Shown one piece after another: positions 22,976 through 35,560 of a DNA stretch of 64,000 nt. The stretch's first letter is position 1. The number at the start of each line of letters is the position of its first letter. The position numbers and the translations under genes were made by a program. This DNA is from Lama guanicoe. Taxonomy: Eukaryota. The notes below the pieces were generated by a model that saw only the letters and a list, made by a program, of their open reading frames with translations, was not told where the DNA came from and ran no database searches. The stretch covers positions 4,008,167-4,072,166 of the forward strand of contig MU054001.1 of assembly GCA_013239625.1 (NCBI GenBank). Reading direction: 5' to 3'.

Positions 22976-24199
22976 CAAGCATTTGCCTAAGAATCTCAGC
23001 AGCTCCGTGACCTGTTGACCTCCATCCGGTGTTCATGGGTTCCCCTCATAGAAACCCCCCCACCTCGGTAAATCCTTCTCATACCTGCTCACCTCACCCC
23101 TGCACCACCACCACCACCCCCCCTCCATAGCAGGCAGGATTCCTGTCTCAGCATCTGAACATTCAAAGCACCTCTTTGTTCAAACCAGCCCTAGAGATAA
23201 ATGAGACAATGTGTGTGAAGCGCTCCGGGCGTCCAGCTCAGACCCAGTGGATGCCAGCTCGCTCTGATGAGGTGGTTACTGCAGAGCGTCCCACCCTCCC
23301 CAGGTCAGCCACGTCTGTGCCGGTCTCAAACCACCTCGTGCCCACCACACAGTAGGGGCTTTAGAAATGTTTTCTGTAGGCGGGAATGACTGCGCAAACG
23401 GGCCCAGCTGACCAGAGGTGATGCGGTCTCCCACGGCATCTCCCGGACTTCTCCAAACCCCCCTCACATCATTTTTGTTTCTTCTGACTCTGTGCCCAAG
23501 AGAAGGTCATTGCCACCCTACTGCTCCAAGCAGCATTTGCACATATCACACCCACCCCCAAGGAGGGCAGGAAGGCAGACCGAGGTGCTCAGAGACGCAG
23601 CCACTGTGGTCCCTTCCCTCTGAAACCACAGGCACGAGCATTTTCTTCTCCGCGGAACTGAGAATTCTCCATTTGCATCTTCCAACAGAGAGCTGGGATA
23701 CATCCTCCACCTGGCGCCTCTTTTAACATCATCGTCTGCAGACTTCTCAGGGTGACAAGTATCTTTGTACTGAGCCCCCTCTCCAGCCCCTCCCTCTCTC
23801 CCTGGGTTCTGACTCTCTCTCACAGGCTTCCGTCTGCACAAAGGGACCATTGAGAGGCAGGCCGTGGGACGCCGCCTTTGATCTGGGGTTCTAATAACGT
23901 GTGTATGTTTGCGTCCCAAAACAATGCAGCAGCCTCACTGGATGGATGAAGGCGGGGGCAGAGGGGGGGGTGGTCGGGAAAAGAAAGTCGACAGAATGGT
24001 TACATTGGAGGTTCGGCAGTGAGCACCAGCACGTCAGCTGGCACATCTGGAGAGCATCTCTGCTGAATCCCTCTGGGGAGGTACACTTGTGACACAGACA
24101 GAGGCCCTGGCACGGCCATGATTTGCCAAACTGAGCCCTGAGATGGGTCCCAGTCACTGGGATGGCCCAGGAGCACCACAGAGCCGGGAGCCACAAGTT

Positions 24200-24485
24200 C
24201 ACCTGGGGAAAGGCAGGAAGCATCAGGGAGGGCTTGGACAGGTCAACCTGATGGCATCTACCCAGCCTAAAGGGACAGCTGCAGCTCAAAGCCAGCTACT
24301 GCCCAAGGGCCCAGAGTGGCTAGAGCTTTTGATTTTTTTTTTTTTAGGAGTAGCTGAAATCCAGGTTTCTAGGTGAAATCTCCAATTTTAAAATATCATC
24401 AGCTAATTTTAAAAATTTTTTGGTACAGGCCAGATGAAACATGCATTCCTGCTGGGTCCCAGCCTGCGGACACCAGTTTCTCCCT
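24200..24485 (+). mobile_element. MER102-like hAT element
   Basis: gaaatccaggtttctaggtgaaatctccaattttaaaat...ggccagatgaaacatgcat...ccagttt. Confidence 0.6.
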
Positions 24486-26829
24486 CTGCTTAAGGAAACT
24501 CAACCAGTGAAAAGGTACATTGGAGACAGGCAAGGTGGTGGGAAGGCAACAATTCGGACCAGACCCAACAGGGAAAAAAAGGGGCGATGATGGCAGACTG
24601 GTGCCTTCTGCCCCAGTGTCCGCCAAATACCCTCCCTGTCAGTGTTATTCCTCCGATCTCTCAGCAGTGGGTACCAAGCTCCTCCAATGTGCCAGGACTG
24701 GGCTCGGTGCAGGGGATGCAGGAATGAATCAGAAAGGAGTCCCTCAAATCCAAGCAAGCAGACAGAAGTGTGACAAGCTAAGCTGGGCTGAGGGTTCACT
24801 ATTGCCAGGTTCTGTGTGAAGGGTTGTTTGCATTTTGTTGCCTCACAGAATCCTTACCACCTCCCGGGGAGAAAGGACTGTGATTACCATCCCCATTATA
24901 TAGATGAGGATGAGCTTGGGGAGAGTAAGAGCTTCTCAACAACAGACAAGATTTCCCACTGCCTGACAGCAAAGGCCTTGCATGTGGCCACTACCCTACA
25001 CTATCTCATGGGCTGCAAGATGAGCCACCCAGGTTTCTGCCACATAACTCTTGGTTATGTGCCAAGATGTAGTGTACATGCCAACCCTGTGGTAGAACAG
25101 ACAGATTACAACAAATTAAGTGTTCATCAAGGTATATTTAAAGTCCAAGAATGTTGAGGCTAGGACCTTCTTCCCCAAGAGCCTTCTTCCCAGCACAGAT
25201 TTTGCTTCTGGAGAAGAAAAAAGCTCCTCCTTTGCCCAGACCTTCTGCTCTCCATGGGTACCTGAGAGAAACAAAGCAGAATATTAGCACTTCCTGGCTC
25301 TAGTATTTGCCCTCAGTTTTCTCATCTGTAAATGGGGATTGTAGCTGGGAAATGAATCTATCATCCCTGAAACAACTGGACAGGGATTCTAGGCTCAACA
25401 AGGTGGCTCTGCCTTCCTCATGTGCCAGGGGGGGTGACCTTGACTGGCTACTTACCCTCACTTCCTCCATCTGTAAAATGGCAGACAGCACCCAGCCCAG
25501 GGTAGGCTCTCAGTAAGCATCAGCCATTATTAATGTTGCCTAACTGTTGTCACCATCATCATCTCTGTGACTTCCCACCACTGAAACCATGCTCAGGAGG
25601 GGCCATGCCCCTCTCCGGCATGAAGCCTCTCATGGTTCCCGCTCCTATCAGGCATCAGGCCAACTCTTTCCAAGAACTCACTGGACTGCACAGCACAGCT
25701 GACCTTTCGTGTTTGCAACATAGGAGCAAAGTGACGGAGTTCCCAGACAGTGGGAAGTGAGATGGGGCCCTCCCTGCCCGCTGCTCTCCATCGCCGCCGG
25801 GTGCTGTTCCCCCGAGCAGGGGGCCAGGGACAAGGGCCAAGGCTTCTCCCTTCATTGCGTTGGCTCTCTCCATGGAGGGTGCTAGGGAGGAGGGTATGGT
25901 CACAACTCATTATCCAAGGTAGTCGGGTCAGGACCTAAGAGAATAGAGTTGGCCTCAGGAGGAAAAGGGGAAAAGAGGGAAGGGCTGAGAAGTGCCCCCC
26001 TCCCTCTGCTCCCTGCTAGTCCCCTAAACCCTTACCCTCCCTCTTTGTAGAAGGATGCTCTCGGGGGCCCACGTCAGTCAGGGGGACATACAGAGGACTG
26101 GTAAACCTTTAAAAAGCCCCTTAGCCTCATTAAAATCCTGGAGAATGGGAACTAAACAGCAATAAGATCTCTCAAAAGGGTTTTGAACAGAGGAGAACTG
26201 TAATCCCTCTCAAGCTCAGTGCCGCCTTCATGTGAGTCAACGTTTCAATGCACTTGTAACATTCTGGATATCACTAACTTCAGATGAAGATAATTCAGAT
26301 TTTAAAAAAATTTTAATGCCAATAAAAATGCCAGTCTTTTTGTTCTTAAAAATTAACAATATGTGCCAGCATATGGAAATCCAGTGTTGGGAAACCCACT
26401 GTCCCCCTCATCTCATACCCCAGGCCTCCTTGAGTTCCAGCATCTGGCCAGCTCCTCAGACACCCAAGTGGCCTCCCAAGTCTGTCCTCTCTCTGCTGTT
26501 TTGCTCACTGCTATCCCCACTCCAGCCTCCTGCTCAGCCTTCAGCCTGGTGAATCTGACTATCTGATGCCACTGGAGTGACTGTGGGTGTCCTGGGCAAA
26601 GGTACCAATTGTCTTTCCTTCCCAGGGAACTCACTCAGTACACGGCAGGCGGGTTGTTCCCTAGTCTCACCCTAGGGTTTGAAGTGGCCACCCTGGACAA
26701 ATCCTCAGAGCCAGGCTTTCTGGGCATCTCAACCTTTCCTTCCATGACCAATAAGGTGCCAAGTCCTATCCATGTTTCTGAACTCTCCCTTAAATCTGTG
26801 TCCCCTCCCTCCACACTATCACAGTCCAG

Positions 26830-27330
26830 GTGTGATTGATTAAAGATGGCCCCACATGATTTGTCACTCTCGCTGTGAAACAGAGGGATTAATTTCCCCC
26901 CTTGTGTCTGGGCTGGCCCATGACTGCTGAACCAACCTGCGCAAGTGCTGGGCCTAGCCTTTAAGAGGATGGGCAGCTTTTGTTTCCTCCCACTTGGAAT
27001 GCTCACTTCTGGAACATTCCCTCTCAGAGCCCAGCTGCAATGCTGGAAGGCCAAGCCACGTGGAGAGGTGATGTATGTGTGCAAGTCAACAGCCCCAGCT
27101 CAGCTCTGAGTGGACAGCTAGCAACAAGAGCCAACCATGGAGTGCGCCATCTTGGAATGTCTAGCACGAAATAGTCCCCAGAGGATTTCCAGTCCCAGCC
27201 AACATCACATGGAGCAGAACCACCCCACTGAGCCCAGTCAACCCCTCAGGTCACAAGAGGTAATGAAATGTTTGTTTTAAGCCACTGAGTTTTCTTGTAG
27301 TTTGTTTCATAGCAATAGGTACCTGAACAC
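26830..27330 (+). mobile_element. MaLR solo LTR (MLT1)
   Basis: tgtgattgattaaagatggcccc...ttgttttaagccactgagttttcttgtagtttgtttcatagcaataggtacctgaaca. Confidence 0.75.
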
Positions 27331-27600
27331 CAGTCTCAAGTTTTCACCTCTCTTACTGTAACCATTTGCTAACTAACTGATCTCCCAACCTCCATACCCA
27401 TCTATTTCCCAAAGCTATTTTCTAAGCCCCAGACTGAGCTTGTCATTCTTCTACTCAGGAGCCTTAAATGGCTTCTCATTGGCCACAGTAATAATACTTA
27501 TCCCATGAGAGTGCACACCAGAATCAATTCTGATTCAAAATATAGATATTTCACTCAGAGGCTTAGAATCTGGGTATCAGATGGTGAAGAAACACCCCTG

Positions 27601-28072
27601 ATGTGGTAGAATTGCCCACAATTCTTCCTTGTCTACCTCTCTCATGAGTCACAGTGAGCAGAGGGGACTCTCTCACACCAGTAGACTTGGCTGTGTGATT
27701 TTTTTTCATTCAGTTTAACATGGATAGAAGTAACACTCTCAATTCCAAAACAAGGCTGTAAGAGACATTGCATATTTCCACTCCTCCCTCTTGCACTCCT
27801 TCCATTCACCATGAAAGAGTGTGCCCCAACCAGCCACTACCATTTAGCCTGGGTCCTGAAATGAGAGACATACAAGACAGACCTGAACCCAGTGCCCAGC
27901 CTGGACCCAAGCTTAGCCAATTCTAGTCAAGTCTAGTATAGAGTTTATCAGAGTCACCAGAGCTGATTTGCACACTTACAGTGAGAAAAATAAATCTTTG
28001 CTGTTACATGCCTTGGCAAGGCGGGGGAGGGAGGTCACTTGTTACACAGCATTATGGCAATAATAACTAATA
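27601..28072 (+). mobile_element. MaLR solo LTR (MLT1)
   Basis: tgtggtagaattgcccacaattcttcc...aaataaatctttgctgtt...ttgttacacagcattatggcaataataactaata. Confidence 0.7.
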
Positions 28073-29489
28073 AATCAGGTGATTCTGACACCCATCCCTG
28101 ATTAAAAACCACTAGCCCAAAAGATAAAGTCACAAAAGCTTACCCTGGCATTCAGGACCTTTCTTGATCTGCTTCTCAATTATCTCTCTGGCCTCACCTC
28201 CCAGCTTCCTCTTCTGAACCAGTCAAGACTCTGGGTGCTAAAACAGAAGCCAATCCTGAGGAACCCTAACAGAAAGGAGACTCAGAGGTAGCTGTAAAGT
28301 CAGACTAAGAAAATGGGCAGAAAGCAAGAAAAATCAAGCAGGTGAGGCCAGGGCCAGAAGAGGCATTGTCAAAGAGAAAGCACTGCTGGTACCAGGACTC
28401 TGGGCACCAGATCCTTAATCCACTGCTTGCTGGGAGGGAATCTTTGGCTCACCAGTATCTTTGGAGAGGGAAGTACCCCACTGGCCAAGCCATGCCCTAA
28501 CCACTGCTGGAGAAAGAACAAGTAGGTCTCCTAGAGAGAACAGGGTCAGATTCCAGGCAGCCCAAATTCCCACAAACATCCCATGAACCTCCACACTCCC
28601 TACCAATAAGAAATGAGTTCACGTTTGCAAAGCTCTTGAACATTTTCCAGCATATAGTAAGTGCCACATGAATGTTTCTCAAATAAATGTTGAAATATAT
28701 AACTTCTAGGCCATGGGCTAAAGAATCACTGGGGACAGAGGGTCCACTCATATCTCCTTAAACCTCTTTACCTGACTCTTCATTGTTGGAGGGCTGCCCT
28801 CAGGTGACCAGACGCCTCAACTAATGTCCATCAGTGTGGGAGTGTCACTACCCCATCTCCCTCACTCCCTGCTCAAGCATCTCTGAGGTGTGACTCATAT
28901 GTCTCCAGACCTCCTCTTTGGGAGTGAGCCCATATTACCCTCTGGAGTACTTTGCTTGATATCACATCCTTCCTTGATAACACGTCCTTGCTTGGGTATC
29001 TATGCCCTAACTGACACCTGCCCTTCCTGGCCCCATTTACCCAACACATCTTCTTTTGAAATCTGCTTCTGGGAAACCAACTAAGAGAATAGAGAGAGAA
29101 GGATATTAAAATGATGAAAGCAGCCATCATTTATTGAATGCTAGTCTACTTCAAGATCTTTTCATGTATTATCTCTTTTAACTACCTCAACTATCCGGCA
29201 AGGAATATCCTCATTTTAAAGATGAAGAGATTGAGTCTCAGAGAAGTTAAGTAAACTTGCCCAAGATTACATAGTTACTAAGTGTTGGGAAAGATTTTCT
29301 AACTGCTGTATGTACTGTCTTCCATTAGGAAGATGCCATCAGTAAAGGTCTATACCATACTTGTGAGTTAAATTCGAGAATTAAGGCCATAACCAATCCA
29401 TTAAACAAACATGGATGAAAGGGCATATCTGTGGGGAAATGGAAGGTGTGATGGTGATCGCTTTTGTCTGTCAGGCATAACTCCCCCTC

Positions 29490-29925
29490 TTCACCCCATC
29501 TTTTTCCTGTGTCGGATAGAGTGGGCATATAATCAGAATTCCTTTCCCAGACCTGGCCCTTGAACTCAGGGGTGGAAGGTGGCTGCAACAGAAGTATCAG
29601 GTGTCAGACCATCTTGTTGCTGATATCCTTTGAGATAGAACTTCTGGATCCAGCTGTTCAGCCCTCTCTTCAATCTTCTGAGCTACCCCAGGGTTATCCC
29701 AATAAAAGCCCCAAAAGGCCCAGGTTAGTCAGAGCCCGTTGCTGCCACTTGTCAACAAGACACCTCAAGTGATGTAGAAATTGGTACCAGGAGTGGGGTG
29801 TTGAAAGCGACCAACCCAAAACATGCAGCTGGTGAGTATATGAGCCAATAAATTCCCCTTCATTGTGTAAGCAAGTGTGAGTGGAACTTTGGCACATGCA
29901 GCCAAACAGATCCCGAGTGATGTCT
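29490..29925 (+). mobile_element. Old MaLR/ERVL LTR remnant
   Basis: tgagccaataaattccccttcattgtgtaagcaagtgtgagtggaactttggcacatgcagccaaacagatcccgagtga is an MLT1-type terminus. Confidence 0.55.
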
Positions 29926-32900
29926 GTAAGAAACAGGATGGAAAAACCCCTTCCCTGGATGACCTTTCTTAAGCTGTATCTCTCAGCCTGTTCTTTTTGA
30001 CCATGTGCTATGAGTTTGCTTCATTCCTCTCCTGCTTAAAGTCTGACAGTGCTTCCCAGGGTAACACAGGATGAGGAATCAGGTGGTCAGCTCAGGGAGG
30101 GAGGGATGTGTCTGGGAGGGGGGCAGAGAGAGCTGAGGGGCTCAGCACGAAGGCCAAGGGCCAGGGGGAAGACGGTTACTTCTAGTGACACCCTTGGCTT
30201 ACTGTGTGTCACTGGGCAAGAATCTTCCCCCTTTGGGGTTCAGCCTCCCTATTGTAGAATGTGAGAGTGTCTCTAAGCTCGCTCTAAATCAAACAGGTTC
30301 GGATGTCTGGGGTAAACACAAGGTACCTGGCCTAGATCACTGAAGAGACTGACAAGGTGAGGAGAGGAAGCGATGCTGGGGTGCTGAGTCTACCTAGGCC
30401 CCTAGTCTTTCCCCCGAGATCCTCTCTGAGTTAGGGGAGCCTACACATGCCGCATTTTTGCTATTCCCACATGTTTCTCTCCTGATCCTACACCACTCCC
30501 ATTGCAGCAGAAAGAGTTATCCATGCCCCAGTGTCCACTCTCCCTTACTCACTTTAGTAATAGGGCGACCTCACAGCTGCAGACTCCATTTTCCAGCCTC
30601 CCTTGCAGCTAAGCATGGCCCTAGGTGAGTGGGACGTGCGTAGAGGGGATGTGTGTTTGTCCTTCCCCTTGTCCTTCCCTCTTTTTGCAGGTTGGAGCAT
30701 AGACAGAGGGTAGAAATCCAACTTCAACCACAGGGATGGACAGAGACAAGTGCAAGTCTCTTGGGCTCCTGATCTACTTCATGGAGTCAAATTGCCCACC
30801 ACTCCCAGACCATCACGTAACTTGAGTTTTTCCTGACAGAAGTAACCTTCTATGTAGTTTAAGCTGCTGTACTTGGGGGGAAACTGTTCTTACAGCCACT
30901 TACCCTGTGCCCTGACACCTCCTCCCCCAGTTCACACCAAATTCTCAGAGGCTTTGCCAGCCAGGGCCGAGGAGCTAATCTCCACCAAGAAGAGAGGGAA
31001 GGAAGGAGAGAACCGGGGGCTGGGGAGAGGGAAGGATAGCATTTATTGGACACCCACTCTGTTCCTGGCATCCACCATGTTGAAAGCTTGAATTTTATCG
31101 TTGGCAACAAATAGTGTCCATTTCTTTTAACTTGAGGTGACAGGTACACTTCATTCCTTTTTGTGAAAATGTCTCCAGTACTCAGGTCTGAATAATCATT
31201 TCTCTGTTAGTCTCTATTTATTCCCCCAAGTAAAAATGGTGTTCAGTTAGGTCAGTTCACAACTCAAACAATCGCCCAAGGATTCCCTAAGACAACCATT
31301 GCACTCCAGTACGCAGGAGAAATGTGTTACGCGTTTGGTCGCACAGAATATGAAAATGGCCAGTACTCAAGGGCCGAGAAATTAACAGATGAATCAGTTT
31401 TTCCTGCTCCAAGGACATTCGTAAGTGATAATTGTCTCTTTTTCTGTTTTTTTGTTTGTTTGTTTGTTTTCTGGCGAGTGCCTCACAGCCTGATTCGTAC
31501 ACAGCACCGGTAGATTTACCATCAGTGCGAATATCCTGTGCGAAAGTCCCCACAGTGAAAAGGGCGAATAGCATCTCAGTATTATTTTGAAAATACTTCT
31601 GACCTGGTAGAACCCCGACAGGGGCTCAGGCATCCTCAGAGCAGGCTTTGCTACACATTGCCTTTCACTATCTTGCCTTTTCCCGTAAGCGCACAGAAGT
31701 GCACACGCGTGCACACACACACAGAGCTTCTATCATTTGATTTTTTTAAAGGGCATTTGAATATCAGAAGGAAGAAGGACGTCATCACAGAAGAAAGGGT
31801 AAGTGTAGCTTATTAAACCACACGCGTTTATTTATGAACAACTCACTGTATTGTCCTTACTTCTCTGGTTTGGCTAGAAAGGCCAGGGGACAGATGTCTG
31901 CTGACATGAAAGACTGGTGTTTGGAAACCGCCTCCAGCCCTATACACCCCGTCTCACCCAGATGAGAGAAATTATGCCCTGAAGGGCTGGGCACTAGCGC
32001 AGGCACAGCTAGACATGGTTCAAGGGAGCTGGATCCTGGGTTTGCCTCCAGACAGCAGGAGGACACTGGGTAAGCTTTCGTACCTACCCAACTCCTTCCA
32101 GGAAATCTGGGAACAGAACAGCCTCCCTGGAAGCCCCCAGTGAGGCAGGCATGGAAGTGGTTTGTGTCTGAAGGGGATGAAGATCTCAGTCCCGTCATGA
32201 ACATCCGGGAGAATCAGCTTGATTCATTAACTAGCCGACACTTCTTGGCCCCTGCCCGATTCCCTTCTCCCCAAGTCCAGCACCCTCTTTCTGGGGTCAT
32301 TTTGTGGGAGCCACATGGACTCACGTACCTACTCATGTGCACAACACATCTATACCTGTCACATTCCCACAGCTCATGCTCCATACTGCCCCCGCCTCCA
32401 CCCCTAATTGCATTACTGACATCCTCTCTCCCCATCACGTCCACAGCCCTCTCTTCTCTACCCACCACTCCCACTGCCCCCCGGGGAGCACAGGAGAAGA
32501 CTAGGGCTCCTGCATCAGGGCAGCCACCCCAGGTAAGTCCCTTCCCCTCTCCGGGCTCAGCTTCCAGTTGTAAGCAGAGAGAGGGGAATTGCAGATGCCC
32601 TATCTCTAAAGACTCTGCCAGTTCCAATAACCTACAGGCCTCAGATGTTAGAAGAGCGTTTTGAAGGCCACCCCAGCAGCCAAGGGGAATAGGGAGAGAG
32701 AGCAGCCTCTGGGAGGCAGGAGGTGACGGGGTGTCAACTGTGAGGTGTAGGCAGCTGGGACCCCCCGGGACCAAGGCTCTGGGACTGAATGCGAGGGGAA
32801 GGGGGGAACTTTGCAGGTGGTGGGTCTGAGGGGTGGGGTGGGGAGAGCACAACAATCAGGGGTGTGGGGTGGGGCACTGTTTAGGGGGTGCTAAGGGCTC

Positions 32901-33089
32901 ATCAGTAGATGGCGAAATTGAAGTGCAGTCAGATGGACCCCTGAAAGTCCCCACGGAGGCCCACCGAGTGGCACATGCCTTTCTCTGTGTGCAAAGCTTT
33001 CCCTCAGCAACGCCAAGCCAGTGAGCACAGGGACAGATGTCTTTTTCAAAGAGTTGGCTGTGGGAAGTGTTTCAAAGAGTGGCCGGGGA

Positions 33090-33260
33090 ATGTGTCAACC
33101 GGACTGGGCCACTGGGTGCCCAGACATTTGGTCAAACACTATCTGGGGCGTATCTGTAAGCGTGTTTCTGAAGAAACACTTGAACATCTGAAATGTTTCT
33201 GAGATTAACACTGCATCCAGAGACTGAGTAAAGCAGATTGCCCTCCCCAGTGTGGGGAGG
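33090..33260 (+). mobile_element. MLT2 (ERVL) LTR 5' fragment
   Basis: tgtgtcaaccggactgggccactgggtgcccagacatttggtcaaacact...gagattaacact...gactgagtaaagcagattgccctcccca. Confidence 0.8.
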
Positions 33261-34624
33261 AATTTGCCAGATGGAATTTGCCAACAAGGAAGCCTTAAGC
33301 ACCCAGCACACTGGAAGAGGCAGGGACCCGATTCACTATGCTTTGGGTCCCGCTTGGATTTACACTCGGCCACGTGGTTGGCCTATGAGGGAGCAGAGGC
33401 ATGACTTCATGAACCTAACTCAAAAGTCTGATGGAGTTTAAAAGTCTGTGACCAATGAGAAGAAAAACACATGAGTGTGTCTCTAAGGCTGTCTCCAGAG
33501 TGGCTTCCTGGATTTGCTTGTACTTGCACAGAGGCGACTTGGCTCGACCTTGAAGGCTCACAGATCTCCTCTGTTTCAAGAGCTAAATCAGAGTGACAGC
33601 TTCAGAGCCCCCTTCCCTTGATCCCTCTCCCTCATCCACCACCAGGAGGATGGGAGACGCCTGCCTCCTTGGGGAGCTAAACTCTTAAAGAGTTGCCTTT
33701 AATGTCACGGAGGGGACAGGAACAAGGCGAACGTCCCCATTACATCTACTCACTGGTAATGCAGACGCAGTGGATGTCAAGTCATACCAAATTACTGAAG
33801 CTAATAATTAGAAAGAGAAAAAATAAAATAAAAGCTAAAGGAATTCCATGTCAAGGAAAGGACTGCCTCCTATTTTACGCGTAGATAAATCCAGGCTGTC
33901 TTCGGGCAGTTTCCCCAGAACTAGGACCCTCCTTTCAGGGTGAGAGGGAGGGGCTCTGGGCGGAGAAGAGAGAGGTGTGCCACATGGCTTCGGTGCCAAG
34001 AGTGAAGAAGAACCCATCACTCTGGGGAAGTTCCTGCTCAGGGGTCCCTGACCACGTGGAAGGGACAATTATGGTATGGGATGGAAGAAATATTCTTCCC
34101 CCAGGCTTTCTCAAGTGAATGGAATCACCGATTTAAAAGGCAGAAAAAACCGGGACCAAAAAAATCAGACCCAGTAGCAAGATGTGAGGTAACAATGATG
34201 ACAAGACAGTGGAGTGGGTAACAGCACAGGCTAGCGGGCACTGTTCTTTGAGTTCAAATACCTCCAACTCTGTTTGCTAAATGTCCAAGTTACTCCAAGT
34301 CCACCCTCTGCCTCAGCTTCCTCATTTGCAACATGGAGATAATCATTGTAACCACCTCATCAGGATGTGCAAATAATCAATGGGTTCCTCTACATAGAGC
34401 CCTAGAATAGTGTCTACTAAATCAATACCTATTCCATGCTGTCACCTTCAGTGTCGTTTCCTGATGTGGTTATATAAAGACTTCAGGGGCCAGGAGGATC
34501 CACATTCCCAGCTCTGTCATCTTGCTTGGAGGACAACACTCAACCTCTCTGAGCCTCAGTTCCCTTCTTTGAGAACCAAAATGACTGCCTTGCTGTATTA
34601 TCATGAAGAAAAATAGAATTATGG

Positions 34625-34706
34625 GAGCAGTCAGTCCCTAGACTGTAAATGGCATCTCCTGGGATTGTGCACTGCACAATCTGAGCAACCGTATGCAGCA
34701 GCCCTG
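34625..34706 (-). mobile_element. MER91-like hAT-Tip100 MITE
   Basis: Contains the quasi-palindrome ttgtgcactgcacaa and ends gcagcagccctg. A second copy in the opposite orientation lies at about 38207-38300. Confidence 0.6.
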
Positions 34707-35254
34707 ATGATGAATATAGAGCAGTTGGCACATTGGAGATACCACTCCTGTGCCTCTGCTTTTGTAAGCTTACCTACCAAACCATCCACTTCAACTCAGT
34801 CTTTCCTGTACACCTTCCTCCATAATGGGTACAGCAGATGCCAACGCTGAGGAAGAATAGCCATCTTCAATCCCCAAGGGTTTCTGCCTTCAAGAAACAA
34901 ATGTTTCCAGCATGAAATATTCCAAGCCCTGGTGTAATGCAGGCCCAAACTCCACGGCTCAGACTCCAGAAAGTGAAGCAACCTACAGCAGGTGAGGGGG
35001 ACAAGGCTGGGACATCAGAGGGATCTTTCCCACAAAAGGGTCACTGGGGAAGGTCTTGATTTCCACGCATTGATTGAAGGAGGGTGGTCGCTCAGGTGGA
35101 AGGGGCAGTGTCTGCAGAGGTGAGGAGGGGCGGGCTTCAGAAATCAGGCTCCCGCTGTCTCCTCTGGCCCTTCTGTGCCCAGCCCACCCCAAATGGGGGC
35201 GAGGGCAGAGTCCCTGGAGAGGCTCTGGGGACTGGCCCCTTGTCCTGTCCCATA

Positions 35255-35560
35255 CCAGTCGGTTAATCCACTTCAAATGGGACAGCTCAGGGAGAATCCC
35301 GAGTGACACCATTGTTCTATTACCCTTCATTACCGCCACTTAGATCTTTTATTTTATTACAAACATTCTTTAGCCCAGTCACGGGCTGATCTTCTAATTG
35401 GAGCTGCTGCCTCCACCCCCGCCCAGATCAAAGCCACCCTGTTTGTTTGTGGAGGACGGAGGATGAACCATATTGCCGGCCTTTGAACATGAAGGCCCCT
35501 TTGTCTTCCAGCTGAAGTCATCCCTGGCACCAGGCGGGGAGGGGGTGTGGGGGGGGCGGC
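35255..35560. promoter_or_regulatory. Candidate distal Wnt-responsive enhancer
   Basis: Non-repetitive block with AGATCAAAG (35425-35433), GCCGG-CCTTTGAAC (35475-35488), SOX CATTGTT (35310-35316), CDX-type TTTTATTAC (35352-35360) and TTAATCC (35263-35269). Confidence 0.5.

Noticed and set aside
32140..32855. Longest non-NKD1 ORFs (174 and 213 aa, overlapping antisense)
   Set aside because: Low-complexity composition, no recognisable homology and no supporting exon structure.
34663..34680. Quasi-palindrome TTGTGCACTGCACAA recurring at about 38239
   Set aside because: Explained as the internal motif of two MER91-like MITE copies.
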